Of a stretch of DNA of 64,000 nucleotides, positions 40,108-49,602 are shown piece after piece; position 1 is the stretch's first letter, and the number at the start of each line of letters is the position of its first letter. The notes under the pieces were generated by a model that was not told the origin of the DNA, searched no databases, and saw only the letters and a program-made list of their open reading frames with translations. The translations under genes were made by a program, and so were the position numbers. The stretch comes from Acidobacteriota bacterium. Its GTDB lineage: Bacteria > Acidobacteriota > UBA890 > WLXD01. Location of the stretch: positions 1,920,001-1,984,000 of the forward strand of contig CBDBHB010000009.1 of the NCBI GenBank assembly GCA_965205505.1, in the 5' to 3' direction.

Positions 40108-42083
40108 GGGGCGATCTCCATGAGCAAGTTGCGGTGACCGTCGACGCGACAGCGAACACCCGGCGGCACCACCGTCGTCGTGCTGTATTCGACGACCAGC
40201 GCCGGGCCGACGAATGTGCTCCCGGGGTGTAGCTGGTCCCGGTCGATGAGCTTTGCGGCGTGCGTCTGCTGGTCGAAGACCATCTCGTGGTCTCCGAGAA
40301 CAGCCGCGGCGCTGTCGGACTCGGTCAGGGGCTCGCTCTCCATCGTCGGCTTCTGCGTAGGTGCCACGACACGCAGGCGGACGTTGACCACCTCGGTCGG
40401 TCGCTCGCGATCACTGTATCCGTAACGTTGCTCGTGATGCTTATGGAACGCGGCCTCGAAGTCAGCCTGCATCGGCACCTCGAGCTCGAACCCCTGGCCG
40501 ACGTAGCGTAGCTCGACGCTACGCTCGTAGCGCAGGTCGGCCGCATCCAGGCCATCGAGCGCGAAGTCTTCGAGCGCCCTCGCCTCGAGCTTTCTGAACT
40601 CTGTCTCCAGAACCTCGCGTTGCAGTCCTGTTGCAGCGACCAGCAGCGTCTGCGAGTAGTCGCGCACGATGTCAGCGAGCAGCATGCCGAGTGCCGAGAG
40701 GATTCCCGCGGCGAACGGGACGATCACCCGAGGAATGCCGAGGCCGCGCGCCAGCGCCGCAGCATGCATCGAGCCGGCCCCGCCGAACGACACCAGGCTG
40801 AAGTCGCGCGGATCGAACCCGCGCTCCACGGAGATCACACGAATCGCCCCGGCCATGGTCGTATTGGCGACCCGGGTGACGCCCTCGGCAAGCTCGATGG
40901 GCTCCATGCCTAGCTCGGCGGCGAGGCTTTCCATGGCCGCCGCGACGGGTTCCTGGGCTAGCTGCTGTCCGCCGCCCAGGAAGTGGTCCGGGGCCAGGCG
41001 GCCGAGGAACAGGTTGGCGTCGGTGACCGTTATCTCGGTGCCGCCGTGTCCGTAACAGATCGGCCCAGGTTGGGCGCCGGCGCTGCGAGGACCGACCTTC
41101 AGGGCGCCACCCGGGTCGCGGTAGGCGATCGAGCCGCCGCCGGCGCCAACGGTGTGGATGTCGATTACCGGAAGGCGGATCGGCAGGCCGCCGACGCTCG
41201 ATTCGGCGGTGCGGCCGGGCTCACCCTGGCACAGGCTGACGTCGGTGCTTGTGCCCCCCATGTCGAACGTAATGCTGTTGGGGAAGCCGGCCAACCGCCC
41301 GATCTCGGCGCCGCCGACCACGCCTCCCGCGGGTCCCGACAGCACCGTCTGAATCGCCGCTCGCTGCGCTGACTGCAGCGAGATCGAGCCACCGTTCGAC
41401 TGCATGATCCGGATCGGCGATTCCGGCAGCTGATCGGCCAGCTGTCCGAGGTACCGCTGCATGATCGGGCCGACGTAGGCGTTGGCGACGGTGGTGCTCG
41501 TGCGCTCGTACTCGCGGAACTCCGGCACGACCTGGTGCGACGCGGTGATGAACCCCGCGAACCCGTCGGCGAGTGCGCTCAGCACCGCCCGCTCGTGTTC
41601 CGGATTGGCGTAGGCATGGAGCAGGCAGATCGCCACGGAATCGTAGTTGCCCCCAGCGATGCGATCCGTGACCGCGGCTACGCTGTCGGGATCGACGGCC
41701 TCGACTACGCCGCCCTGTGGGTCGAGGCGCTCGAGCACGCCGAACCGGTCGGCCGCGGCTACTAGCGGCGCCGGCTTGGTCACCCCCAGCTCATAGATCG
41801 CCGGGCGCGTCTGCCTGCCGATCTCGAGCACATCCTCGAATCCGGCGGTGGTGACCAAGGCGGCGCGGGCGCCACGTCGCTCGAGCAAGGCGTTCGTCGC
41901 CACCGTCGACCCATGAACGATCTCGACGCCATCAACGCCCATGTCTCGAAGCCCGGTGAGGATCGCAGCGGCCGGATTGTCGGGCGTGGAAGGCTCCTTG
42001 TGGACGCGGACCTGGCCATCCTTCATGAGGACAAAGTCCGTGAAGGTGCCGCCGGTATCGATGCCGATCACGAGCGTGTTCAC
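40104..42083 (-). CDS. Hydantoinase A/5-oxoprolinase ATP-binding subunit
   Basis: GIDTGGTFTD, HGSTVATNALLE, SGPAGG, DMGGTSTD, GAGGGSIA, SAGA.PGP.CYG. Confidence 0.93.
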   Translation of the reverse strand: MNTLVIGIDTGGTFTDFVLMKDGQVRVHKEPSTPDNPAAAILTGLRDMGVDGVEIVHGSTVATNALLERRGARAALVTTAGFEDVLEIGRQTRPAIYELGVTKPAPLVAAADRFGVLERLDPQGGVVEAVDPDSVAAVTDRIAGGNYDSVAICLLHAYANPEHERAVLSALADGFAGFITASHQVVPEFREYERTSTTVANAYVGPIMQRYLGQLADQLPESPIRIMQSNGGSISLQSAQRAAIQTVLSGPAGGVVGGAEIGRLAGFPNSITFDMGGTSTDVSLCQGEPGRTAESSVGGLPIRLPVIDIHTVGAGGGSIAYRDPGGALKVGPRSAGAQPGPICYGHGGTEITVTDANLFLGRLAPDHFLGGGQQLAQEPVAAAMESLAAELGMEPIELAEGVTRVANTTMAGAIRVISVERGFDPRDFSLVSFGGAGSMHAAALARGLGIPRVIVPFAAGILSALGMLLADIVRDYSQTLLVAATGLQREVLETEFRKLEARALEDFALDGLDAADLRYERSVELRYVGQGFELEVPMQADFEAAFHKHHEQRYGYSDRERPTEVVNVRLRVVAPTQKPTMESEPLTESDSAAAVLGDHEMVFDQQTHAAKLIDRDQLHPGSTFVGPALVVEYSTTTVVPPGVRCRVDGHRNLLMEIAP

Positions 42084-42086
42084 GAC

Positions 42087-43580
42087 CTAGTCGCCGCCGG
42101 CACCGTAGACAAGCTCTTCGATTGCGCCGTGTATCCGGTTGACGGTCGCGGCGGACGGGGCCTGGCTCACCCGCGACACCAGTAGCGCCGTGACGCCGTT
42201 CGCCAGCAGCGCCCACACGCCACCGTGCAGCGTCAGCGGGTGGGGCCATACGACGAGGGTGAGGAACAGCACCACTAGGCCGACCCCGATGCCTGCGAGC
42301 ACACCGGTCGCGGTGAGTCGAACGCGCGCCGGGAAGGTGACGCCGAGCACTGCCGGCAAGAGCTGCAACGCCCCGGCGCCCGAAAGGGTCACCAGGACCA
42401 CCAAGTACTCGAACGTGTAGACGCTGAGGATGTAGCCGATTACCAGGAACCCGACAATGAACACCCGGCTCACGGTGACGTAGTGGCCCACATCGGCGTC
42501 GGCGCGCACGTACCGCTGATAGATATCGCGCGTAAGAACCGCCGAGTTGGCATGAAGTATCGAGTCGAGCGTCGACATTGCCGCGGCCGTGGCCCCGGCC
42601 AGGATCAACCCGGTCAGCCAGGACGGCGCGTAGGAAAACAACAACTCCGGGAAGATCCGGTCTGGGATGGCAATGTCTGGCATCGCCAACGCACCGCCCA
42701 GACCGACGAACGCGGTGGGGATGAACAGGGTGAGCAGGAAGATCGGGATCGTGGCGCCTAGCCATTTCAACGTCCGCGCGTCGACCGCGGTGTAGTAACG
42801 GATCAGGATGTGCGGCTGAAGGACGACCCCGAACGACAACGCGACCATCATCCCGAACCACATCGGATAGGTGAAGAAGTCGCGTGGACCCGGGATCGTC
42901 ATCAGGTCGGGTCGCTGTTCTTTGACCGCATCGAGCAGCTGCAGCGGCCCGCCGAACAACTCGTAGGAGAGGTAAATCGCTCCGGCCCAGACCGCGACGT
43001 ACATCCACACGCCTTGCAAGACATCGGTCCAGTAGACGGCGCGTAGGCCGCCGGCCATGAGGTAGGTCGCGGCCACGACCAGCAACACTGCCGTGGCGAC
43101 CTCGAACGAGACCCGGTCGCCGGAGGCAGCGCTGATGATGTAGCCGAGCCCTTGGGCTTGAACCTGGATGTACAGAATCGTGAAGACGACCGATACCGCC
43201 GCCACCACCACCCGCACGGGCTCGCTCTCGTAGTAGTCCGCCAACATGTCGGCGGGAGTCATGTAGTTGAATTTCTTTCCCAGAGCCCAGATCCGGGGAC
43301 CCAGCACGTAGGTGATCGCGCCCGTCAGCAGGGTCCATGTACCCGCAACCCAGAACCCGATTCCATGCGTATAGAAGAAGCCGCTGCTGCCCAGAAATGC
43401 GAAGGCGCTGTGGTAGGTGGCGACCATCGTGAGGTAGAGCACGAAGAAACCGGCGCGACGGCCGTAGAGCAGGAAGTCCTCGAGATTCACCTCGAGCCGT
43501 CGGTTGGCGACCACGCCCAACAGCAACGTGATCACTAGGTAGACGCCGATCATCGATAGCGCCACCACCCACGGTTCCAC
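42087..43580 (-). CDS. Sodium:solute symporter family protein
   Basis: About 13 TM helices, SAFAFLG..G, GGLRAV.WTDVLQG, AAAMSTLDS. Confidence 0.92.
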   Translation of the reverse strand: MEPWVVALSMIGVYLVITLLLGVVANRRLEVNLEDFLLYGRRAGFFVLYLTMVATYHSAFAFLGSSGFFYTHGIGFWVAGTWTLLTGAITYVLGPRIWALGKKFNYMTPADMLADYYESEPVRVVVAAVSVVFTILYIQVQAQGLGYIISAASGDRVSFEVATAVLLVVAATYLMAGGLRAVYWTDVLQGVWMYVAVWAGAIYLSYELFGGPLQLLDAVKEQRPDLMTIPGPRDFFTYPMWFGMMVALSFGVVLQPHILIRYYTAVDARTLKWLGATIPIFLLTLFIPTAFVGLGGALAMPDIAIPDRIFPELLFSYAPSWLTGLILAGATAAAMSTLDSILHANSAVLTRDIYQRYVRADADVGHYVTVSRVFIVGFLVIGYILSVYTFEYLVVLVTLSGAGALQLLPAVLGVTFPARVRLTATGVLAGIGVGLVVLFLTLVVWPHPLTLHGGVWALLANGVTALLVSRVSQAPSAATVNRIHGAIEELVYGAGGD

Positions 43581-43597
43581 CGCTCAGTCCCCTCGGC

Positions 43598-43858
43598 TCA
43601 CAGTCGTTGACGGGCCGCGTAGATCAGCACTGCCAACTTGACGGCATAGATAACCGACAGATAAGCGAACAAGAACGGGAACCCCAGTACTGTCGGTTCG
43701 ATTCGATTTGCCAGCGGTAGCAGCGGCCACTCGGCGAATACGAACGCGGCGATGTAGAGCAACACGGCACCGCGACCCTTGGCGGTGCGCGGTAAATAGT
43801 GCGAGCGGAACTCGCGGTAGCGGCTTTGATCGCCGGTCGTAAGGCTCACTCGAGGCAC
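43598..43858 (-). CDS. Small 2-TM SSS accessory protein (DUF3311-like)
   Basis: ANRIEPTVLGFPF motif between two TM helices, directly upstream of the SSS gene. Confidence 0.75.
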   Translation of the reverse strand: MPRVSLTTGDQSRYREFRSHYLPRTAKGRGAVLLYIAAFVFAEWPLLPLANRIEPTVLGFPFLFAYLSVIYAVKLAVLIYAARQRL

Positions 43859-44097
43859 CCTTCGCCCATAAATAACCCGTGGTCGATCGTGAACAACGAC
43901 CGGGCGCTATGAGACGCGCACACGGGAGTCGGCCCGACGCGGGGAAACTGCAGTTCGGCAGTCTATTACCAATCGCGCTGGCGAACACGGTGCAACGGTT
44001 CAGACCGCGGTAACTGAGACAACTTGATACAAACAATTACGTTAGATTGACTTGGTAGAACGAACCAAGCACGCTGCGCTACCCGGAAGCGGTCGAT

Positions 44098-45543
44098 TTA
44101 CCTGGCGCCAAGCTCCAGAAAACGTCGCAGCTCGGCGACCCACGGATTGTCAGGCTCGATGCGCGCGGCGCGTTCGACGAGCGACGAAGCTTCGGGGCTA
44201 CGTCCCGTGTCAATGTAGGCTTGGGCCAGGGTCAGCAGGCAGACTGCGCGGTAGGGGTAGAGGTTCGCGGCGCGCTCGAGAAGCGCCAGACCCTCTGCAA
44301 TCGAAGAGCTCAGCCGAGCCCGTCCCAGCACCATGAGGGCTTGGGCGTTGCTCTCGTCTGACACGAGCAGCGCCGTAGCGAGATCGATTGCCGCGTCTGT
44401 TTGACCCGACTCCAGACGCGCGGCCGCCAGGTAGGACCGCGCCGTAGCCCACCCGGGGCGTTCGATCAGAGCGCGTTCGAAGTGCGTGGTCGCCGCCGCG
44501 ATGTCCCCGTTGCCCCAGCTGTCGACACCGGCCCCGACCTCTACCATCGCCCGCGCCTCGGCTTCTTCGGCGGCCTGGGCTCGTGCCTGAATCGCCTGGA
44601 ATTGCTCCAGGGTCGCTCTTGCCTCCGGTCGCCCGAGCGCCTGCTGTGCCTGACCGATCACGTAGAGCGCATCGGGTACGTCAGCGAGCTCGCGTAGCAG
44701 GGCGAGCGCACTTTCGGGCTGGCCGGCGCGCAGATACAAGCGCCCGAGATCGACGGCCAGTGAGGTGTCCGCCGGCGCCAGTCGCGTCGCTTCCACGAGC
44801 ATCTCGGCGGCGGTCTCGGTCTCACCGAGGGCAGCGAGCGACAACCCCAGCTCGCGCAGCAGCTCGGTGTCCTCGGGAGTTTGATCAAGACCCTTCTGGA
44901 TGAGCGCACGGGCAGCGGCGGCATCCCCGCCGATCCTCGCGACCCGCCCTAGCAACAGGTATAGATGAGGGCGCGTATAGCCTAGGGCGCGGGCGCGTTC
45001 CAGATCTTCGATGGCTGGGGCGACCAGACGCTGCTCGCGCCGGAACACCAGCAACGCGCGGTGGTAATGGAGGCTGGCGACATTGGGCCGGTACTCTAGT
45101 GCAGCTGTGAGCACGTAGACTGCGCCGTCGAGGTCGTCGCGGGTCGCCAGCAGCGCCGCCAGGTTCTCGACCGCAGGCACCAGACGGAAATCGAGCGCGA
45201 TAGCCTGTCGGTACGCGTCAATGGCACCGACGGGATCCTCTGTTCGTTCCAGGACCACACCGAGCTCGAAAAGCACGTCCGCACGTTGTGGGGCCAGCTG
45301 CCGTGCGCGGTTCAACACGCGGCGCGCAGAATCCCAATCACCGCGCGCCGCCGCCACGGTCGCTTGCTCCAGCAGCACGTCGACCGTTTGCTGTGGTGCC
45401 ATTGGATCGAGGTGCCACAGCGCAGCAGGGCAGCGTCCGGCTTCGGCGCGCCAGCTGGCTGGCGAGGGAGCGGCGAGCGATGGTATCAAGGCGACGCCTA
45501 GCGCCGCCCACATACCGATTGCACCGAGGCGGAAGCGGCTCAC
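44098..45543 (-). CDS. Secreted multi-TPR protein
   Basis: Signal peptide, many TPR repeats (ADVLFELG...A..AY..A...D). Confidence 0.85.
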   Translation of the reverse strand: MSRFRLGAIGMWAALGVALIPSLAAPSPASWRAEAGRCPAALWHLDPMAPQQTVDVLLEQATVAAARGDWDSARRVLNRARQLAPQRADVLFELGVVLERTEDPVGAIDAYRQAIALDFRLVPAVENLAALLATRDDLDGAVYVLTAALEYRPNVASLHYHRALLVFRREQRLVAPAIEDLERARALGYTRPHLYLLLGRVARIGGDAAAARALIQKGLDQTPEDTELLRELGLSLAALGETETAAEMLVEATRLAPADTSLAVDLGRLYLRAGQPESALALLRELADVPDALYVIGQAQQALGRPEARATLEQFQAIQARAQAAEEAEARAMVEVGAGVDSWGNGDIAAATTHFERALIERPGWATARSYLAAARLESGQTDAAIDLATALLVSDESNAQALMVLGRARLSSSIAEGLALLERAANLYPYRAVCLLTLAQAYIDTGRSPEASSLVERAARIEPDNPWVAELRRFLELGAR

Positions 45544-45559
45544 CGCTGGCCTCCCGGGC

Positions 45560-46321
45560 TCACGAGCCGAGTAGTTGCTCCAGCAACGCCGCCATCTCGG
45601 CTGCATCGGCAGCCTCCGGCTCGATCTCCAGATAGCGCTCCAGATGAACGGCTGCAGCCGCGCTATCCGCGTTTCGTACCAGCGCGAAGGCCAGCGCCTT
45701 GTGTGCCAACGCGGCTTCGGGATCGAGCTCGGTGGCGCGTGTCAGGTACTCGATCGCCTCGTCCACGCGATCGGCGCGGACGAAGATTGCGCCGACGTTG
45801 TAGTACACAGTGGCATCGTCGGGCTGCATCGATACCGCCTTCTCGAAGTACCCGGCCGCGCTGTCCAGATCGCCGACTTGCGACAGCGCAACCCCTAGAT
45901 CGAGATAGGCCACCGGAACGCCCGGCTCGAGCTCGATGACGCGTTTGTAGCCAGCGATGGCTTCGACCCAGTGCTCGAGCTCATAGTGCGATCTGGCGAG
46001 CAGCAGATGGGCCGGCCCGAAGTCTGGCTGGTGGCCCACGAGCGTGGTGAGGATCTCGATGGTTTGAGGCAGATCACCGGCCTCGAAGGCGGCGTAGGCG
46101 GCGATGTACTCCGGCGAGGATCCGATGCTGACGGTTGCGATGCGCGCTGGCTCCAGCACTGCGTCGTGGGTGGTTTGACCGCTCCCCAGGCGTCGAAAAT
46201 CGCGCGCCGGAACGTAACCCTCCTTCTCGAACGTGATCTCGAAGCTACCGATCGGCAGCGCGCGGCGGAAGTAGCGGCCGTCGTCGTTGCTCTCGATCTG
46301 GACGGTTGCGCCGGTGTTTAC
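45560..46321 (-). pseudogene. 5'-truncated carboxypeptidase-regulatory-like domain + TPR protein
   Basis: Frame extends upstream of 46159 as VNTGATVQIESNDDGRYF..LPIGSFEITFEKEGY, with no start codon or signal peptide. Confidence 0.7.
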
Positions 46322-46784
46322 AGGTGAACTCGGCCTTCGTGCTCTCGATCAGCGGCGTCTCAGCGGTGACCGTAATGGTCTCCTCTACCGCGCTCAGCTG
46401 CAGCGCGACGTCGAGGATGAGCTCCTCGTCAAGCCGCACCATGATGTCGGGGCGCTCGAGGCTGGCAAAGCCCTGTAACACGAACGTGATGATGTAGGTG
46501 CCGCGCGGGATTCCGGCGACGCGATAGCGCCCCGCCCTGTCGGTGATGTTGCTCTGCGTGATGCCGGTGTCCTGGTTGCGTGCCGTCACCAGGACGCCGG
46601 GAAGACCGGCGCCATCGGCGTCGCCTACCGTCCCTTGAACGGTACTGGTGTTTCCCTGTGCCATCGCCGACGTCGGGACGGCGACCAGCAACATGACGAT
46701 GCAGAGCCCAACTGCGCACTTTGTCACGGCAGACGTCTTGTGTTTTGGGGAACATGCAAACAGCTGATAAACCAAGGTCAACAT
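46322..46784 (-). pseudogene. N-terminal remnant of an Oar-like TonB-dependent receptor
   Basis: Signal peptide, GTV.DA.G..LPGV.VTA.N, G.Y.I.F.L.GF, VEETITVTAETPLIE, then abrupt loss of similarity; no plug or barrel. Confidence 0.8.
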
Positions 46785-46804
46785 ACAGGACGGTTACCGA
46801 GCAC

Positions 46805-46842
46805 AAGGTAAAGTAAGGTCAATGAAATGTAATAGCTTGTAA
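46805..46842 (-). promoter_or_regulatory. Tandem 10-bp-period direct repeats, candidate OmpR-family operator
   Basis: Minus strand TTACAAGC-ta-TTACATTT-ca-TTGACCTT-ac-TTTACCTT in an AT-rich gap between the regulator and the receptor. Confidence 0.55.
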
Positions 46843-46874
46843 CAGTTTGTCGCCTGCTAAGACGCCGCATTCGA

Positions 46875-47567
46875 TCAGTCCACGAACTTGTAGCCGTAGC
46901 CGTGGATCGTCAGCATGTAGCTCGGCGCGTGAGGGCGGTTCTCGAGCTTCTTTCTGAGGCGCGCCACGAGGTTATCGACCGCACGGGTCGTCGGGTCGGT
47001 ACCGTAGTGCCAGACGTCGCGCAGCAGGTCGTCGCGTGATACCGCCTCGCCACGACGCTCGATCAGGTAACGCATCACCTCCAGCTCGAGATGCGTGATG
47101 GGGATCTGGCGCTGCCCCTTGTGTGCCGTCATGTGCAGGAAGTCCAGGGTCACGTCTCCGAAGCGGTAGCTCTCGGTACGCGGAGCGGATACCGAAGCGC
47201 GACGCACAAGCGCCCGTACTCGGGCGACCAGCTCGTTCACGGTGAACGGCTTGGTGACGTAGTCGTCGGCGCCTAGCCCCAGGGCGAGTACTTTGTCGGA
47301 CTCCTGGCCGCGAGCTGACAGCACCAGGATGGGTACCTGGATGTTCTTGTCGCGCAGCGCCCTGCAAACCTCGAAGCCGCTGAGCTTCGGGAGCATGATG
47401 TCGAGGATCATGGCGTCCGGCTTCAACTCCATCGCCTTGCGCAGGCCGTCTTGGCCGTCCTCGGCGGTAACTACGCTGAACCCTTCGAGGTGAAGGCTGT
47501 CGACCAAGCCGAGCAGCATCGGCTTCTCGTCCTCGACGACCAGGATCGTAGGACTCGCGGCGGTCAT
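46875..47567 (-). CDS. OmpR-family response regulator
   Basis: LVVEDE, LDIMLP, GADDYVTKPF, winged-helix TR.VDN..ARLRKK, GYGYKF. Confidence 0.95.
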   Translation of the reverse strand: MTAASPTILVVEDEKPMLLGLVDSLHLEGFSVVTAEDGQDGLRKAMELKPDAMILDIMLPKLSGFEVCRALRDKNIQVPILVLSARGQESDKVLALGLGADDYVTKPFTVNELVARVRALVRRASVSAPRTESYRFGDVTLDFLHMTAHKGQRQIPITHLELEVMRYLIERRGEAVSRDDLLRDVWHYGTDPTTRAVDNLVARLRKKLENRPHAPSYMLTIHGYGYKFVD

Positions 47568-49360
47568 CGGACTGCATCCGGTGGATCGTTGTCTTGGGTG
47601 TGCGCCAGCGGTAGCTCGATACGGAACACGGATCCCCGTGCAGAGCTGCTCTCGACCGAGATCGTGCCGCCGTGAGATCGCACGACGTGCTGAGCGATGG
47701 GCAAGCCGAGTCCGGTACCGGTCGGATCTGTCTCGGGGTCACGGCGCACGCGATAGAAGCGCTGAAAGATCCGGGAGCGTTCGCTGGCCGGAATACCGGC
47801 GCCGTGATCGTGCACCTTGATTACGGCATTGCCGTCCTCCGCCATCAGCTCGACGCGCAGAAACCGGTGATCCTCGGAATACTTGATGGCGTTGCCGACG
47901 ATGTTGCCGAACGCGTGCGAGAGAGCCTCCAGATTACCGACGAACGGCACCGGGCTCGCCGGCAGGCGCACCTCGGTTCGAAACCCGGTTTCCTTGAGCT
48001 GGGTGGCGAACTCGCCGATCGCTTCCCGTACCGGGTCGCGCAGGTCGATCGTCTCCACGATGTAGCTGCGGCCGCCAGAATCGATGCGCTCGAATTCCAG
48101 CATCCCTTCGATGAGCTTGCCGAGCTTGCGCGCTTCCGCGCCGATCACCGTTCCGTAGCCCCGCACTTTCTCCGGCGGCAGGACGCCCTTGTCGATGATG
48201 TCGGCAAGAACCTGGATCGACGCCAGCGGCGTCTTCAGGTCGTGCGAGACGCTGGACACGAACTCCTTCTTGAGCTCGGCGACGCCGAGCTCGCGGGCGA
48301 CGGCGCGCCCCGACAGGACGACGCCGACCGCGGCGACCACGGTCACCAGAAACAGCACCTGACGTTGCTGATTCGTACTGCTTCTTGCCAGCTCCGCCGG
48401 ATCGGTTCCCGGATAGCCAGTGCGAACGACCCAGACAGGCACGGGCTGGTGGTCGTCGGGGTTGGCTAGCAGGTGGTCGTCGCCGAGCAGCAGCATTGGA
48501 AACGCTGCCTGATGGACGTAGCTGCTGACCAACGACGGGCCGGTTCGATAGGTCTCGGTGCCGCTCGCGTCGAAGATCGAGACCTCCAGTGGTTGGTCGG
48601 TTGAGAAAAGGGCTTCCGATCCGCGAATCTGGGCCGCCAGGCTGGGCAAGTACTGTGAGGCAAGCTGGTCGACGGGGACGGTAAATCCGACGAAGCGATC
48701 GACTCGCGTGCGCGTCGTATCCGAATACACCAGGCGTACGGCGACAAGGTGATCCTGGTCTCTGACTGAAACGAAGCCGCAACCCTCCGGGATCCCCGTC
48801 GCCTCTATGTGCTCGACGCGTGCGGCCACTACCATGGCGAGCTCCGGGTCGGTGCGGAACTCCAGGTGGCTCGGTGCAGCGGGTGGTTCGATGGCACCAG
48901 GCCCACCGAACGTCGTCGCGACGAGCCGAGGATTCTCCGGCCCATCGAACGGCTCCGCCCGATCGAACAGAACGGTGTAGCGAGTTACTTGACCGAGCGC
49001 TTCCGCTCGCGCCGACTCCATACCCACGAAGAACGTGCCCAGCGCCGCGGGATCACGGTGGGCATCCACGAGAGAGCGGATGGTCTCCAGGTCTCCTCGG
49101 CGCAAGGCGATGCGTGGAATCGCGTTCAGAACCTCGCTGTACATGGTCGTGAGATCGCGTCGAATTGCCCTTGCCAGCTCGTCGGCGACGCGCACGCCCG
49201 TCTGCGTCAGCACCTGTCTCGACGCCTGCTCCAAGCGACCCAGTGATTGAAGCTCGGAGACCAGCAACATCGCCAGCGGGACACCGATGATCACTCCCGG
49301 CATCAGGCTCGCGAACAGGATTTTGCGGCGATGTCGACTCCGCACTCGGCCAACGGCCAT
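47564..49360 (-). CDS. Sensor histidine kinase
   Basis: Two TM segments, SHDLKTPL H-box, NAIKYS, DHGAGI, GTGLGL. Confidence 0.93.
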   Translation of the reverse strand: MAVGRVRSRHRRKILFASLMPGVIIGVPLAMLLVSELQSLGRLEQASRQVLTQTGVRVADELARAIRRDLTTMYSEVLNAIPRIALRRGDLETIRSLVDAHRDPAALGTFFVGMESARAEALGQVTRYTVLFDRAEPFDGPENPRLVATTFGGPGAIEPPAAPSHLEFRTDPELAMVVAARVEHIEATGIPEGCGFVSVRDQDHLVAVRLVYSDTTRTRVDRFVGFTVPVDQLASQYLPSLAAQIRGSEALFSTDQPLEVSIFDASGTETYRTGPSLVSSYVHQAAFPMLLLGDDHLLANPDDHQPVPVWVVRTGYPGTDPAELARSSTNQQRQVLFLVTVVAAVGVVLSGRAVARELGVAELKKEFVSSVSHDLKTPLASIQVLADIIDKGVLPPEKVRGYGTVIGAEARKLGKLIEGMLEFERIDSGGRSYIVETIDLRDPVREAIGEFATQLKETGFRTEVRLPASPVPFVGNLEALSHAFGNIVGNAIKYSEDHRFLRVELMAEDGNAVIKVHDHGAGIPASERSRIFQRFYRVRRDPETDPTGTGLGLPIAQHVVRSHGGTISVESSSARGSVFRIELPLAHTQDNDPPDAVR

Positions 49361-49602
49361 CGAACGTTACCTCTGCTCGAAACGACTCCAGATGCGGACT
49401 GTAGTCATGCGGCCCTGCAGCAAGCAAGGGATAGCCTCTGACATGTGCATCGGAGCGTTCAGGTAGCAGCTGAGTCGGCGTTTGGTGGCGGCCCGATTCG
49501 TCCTCTACACTGCCGACCTCACGCTGTCTCGGACGGCGTATCGGGACCCACGCGGTCGGCGTTCCGATCGGCGACGACAGGTACCGAAGAATGGAGCGGT
49601 CG

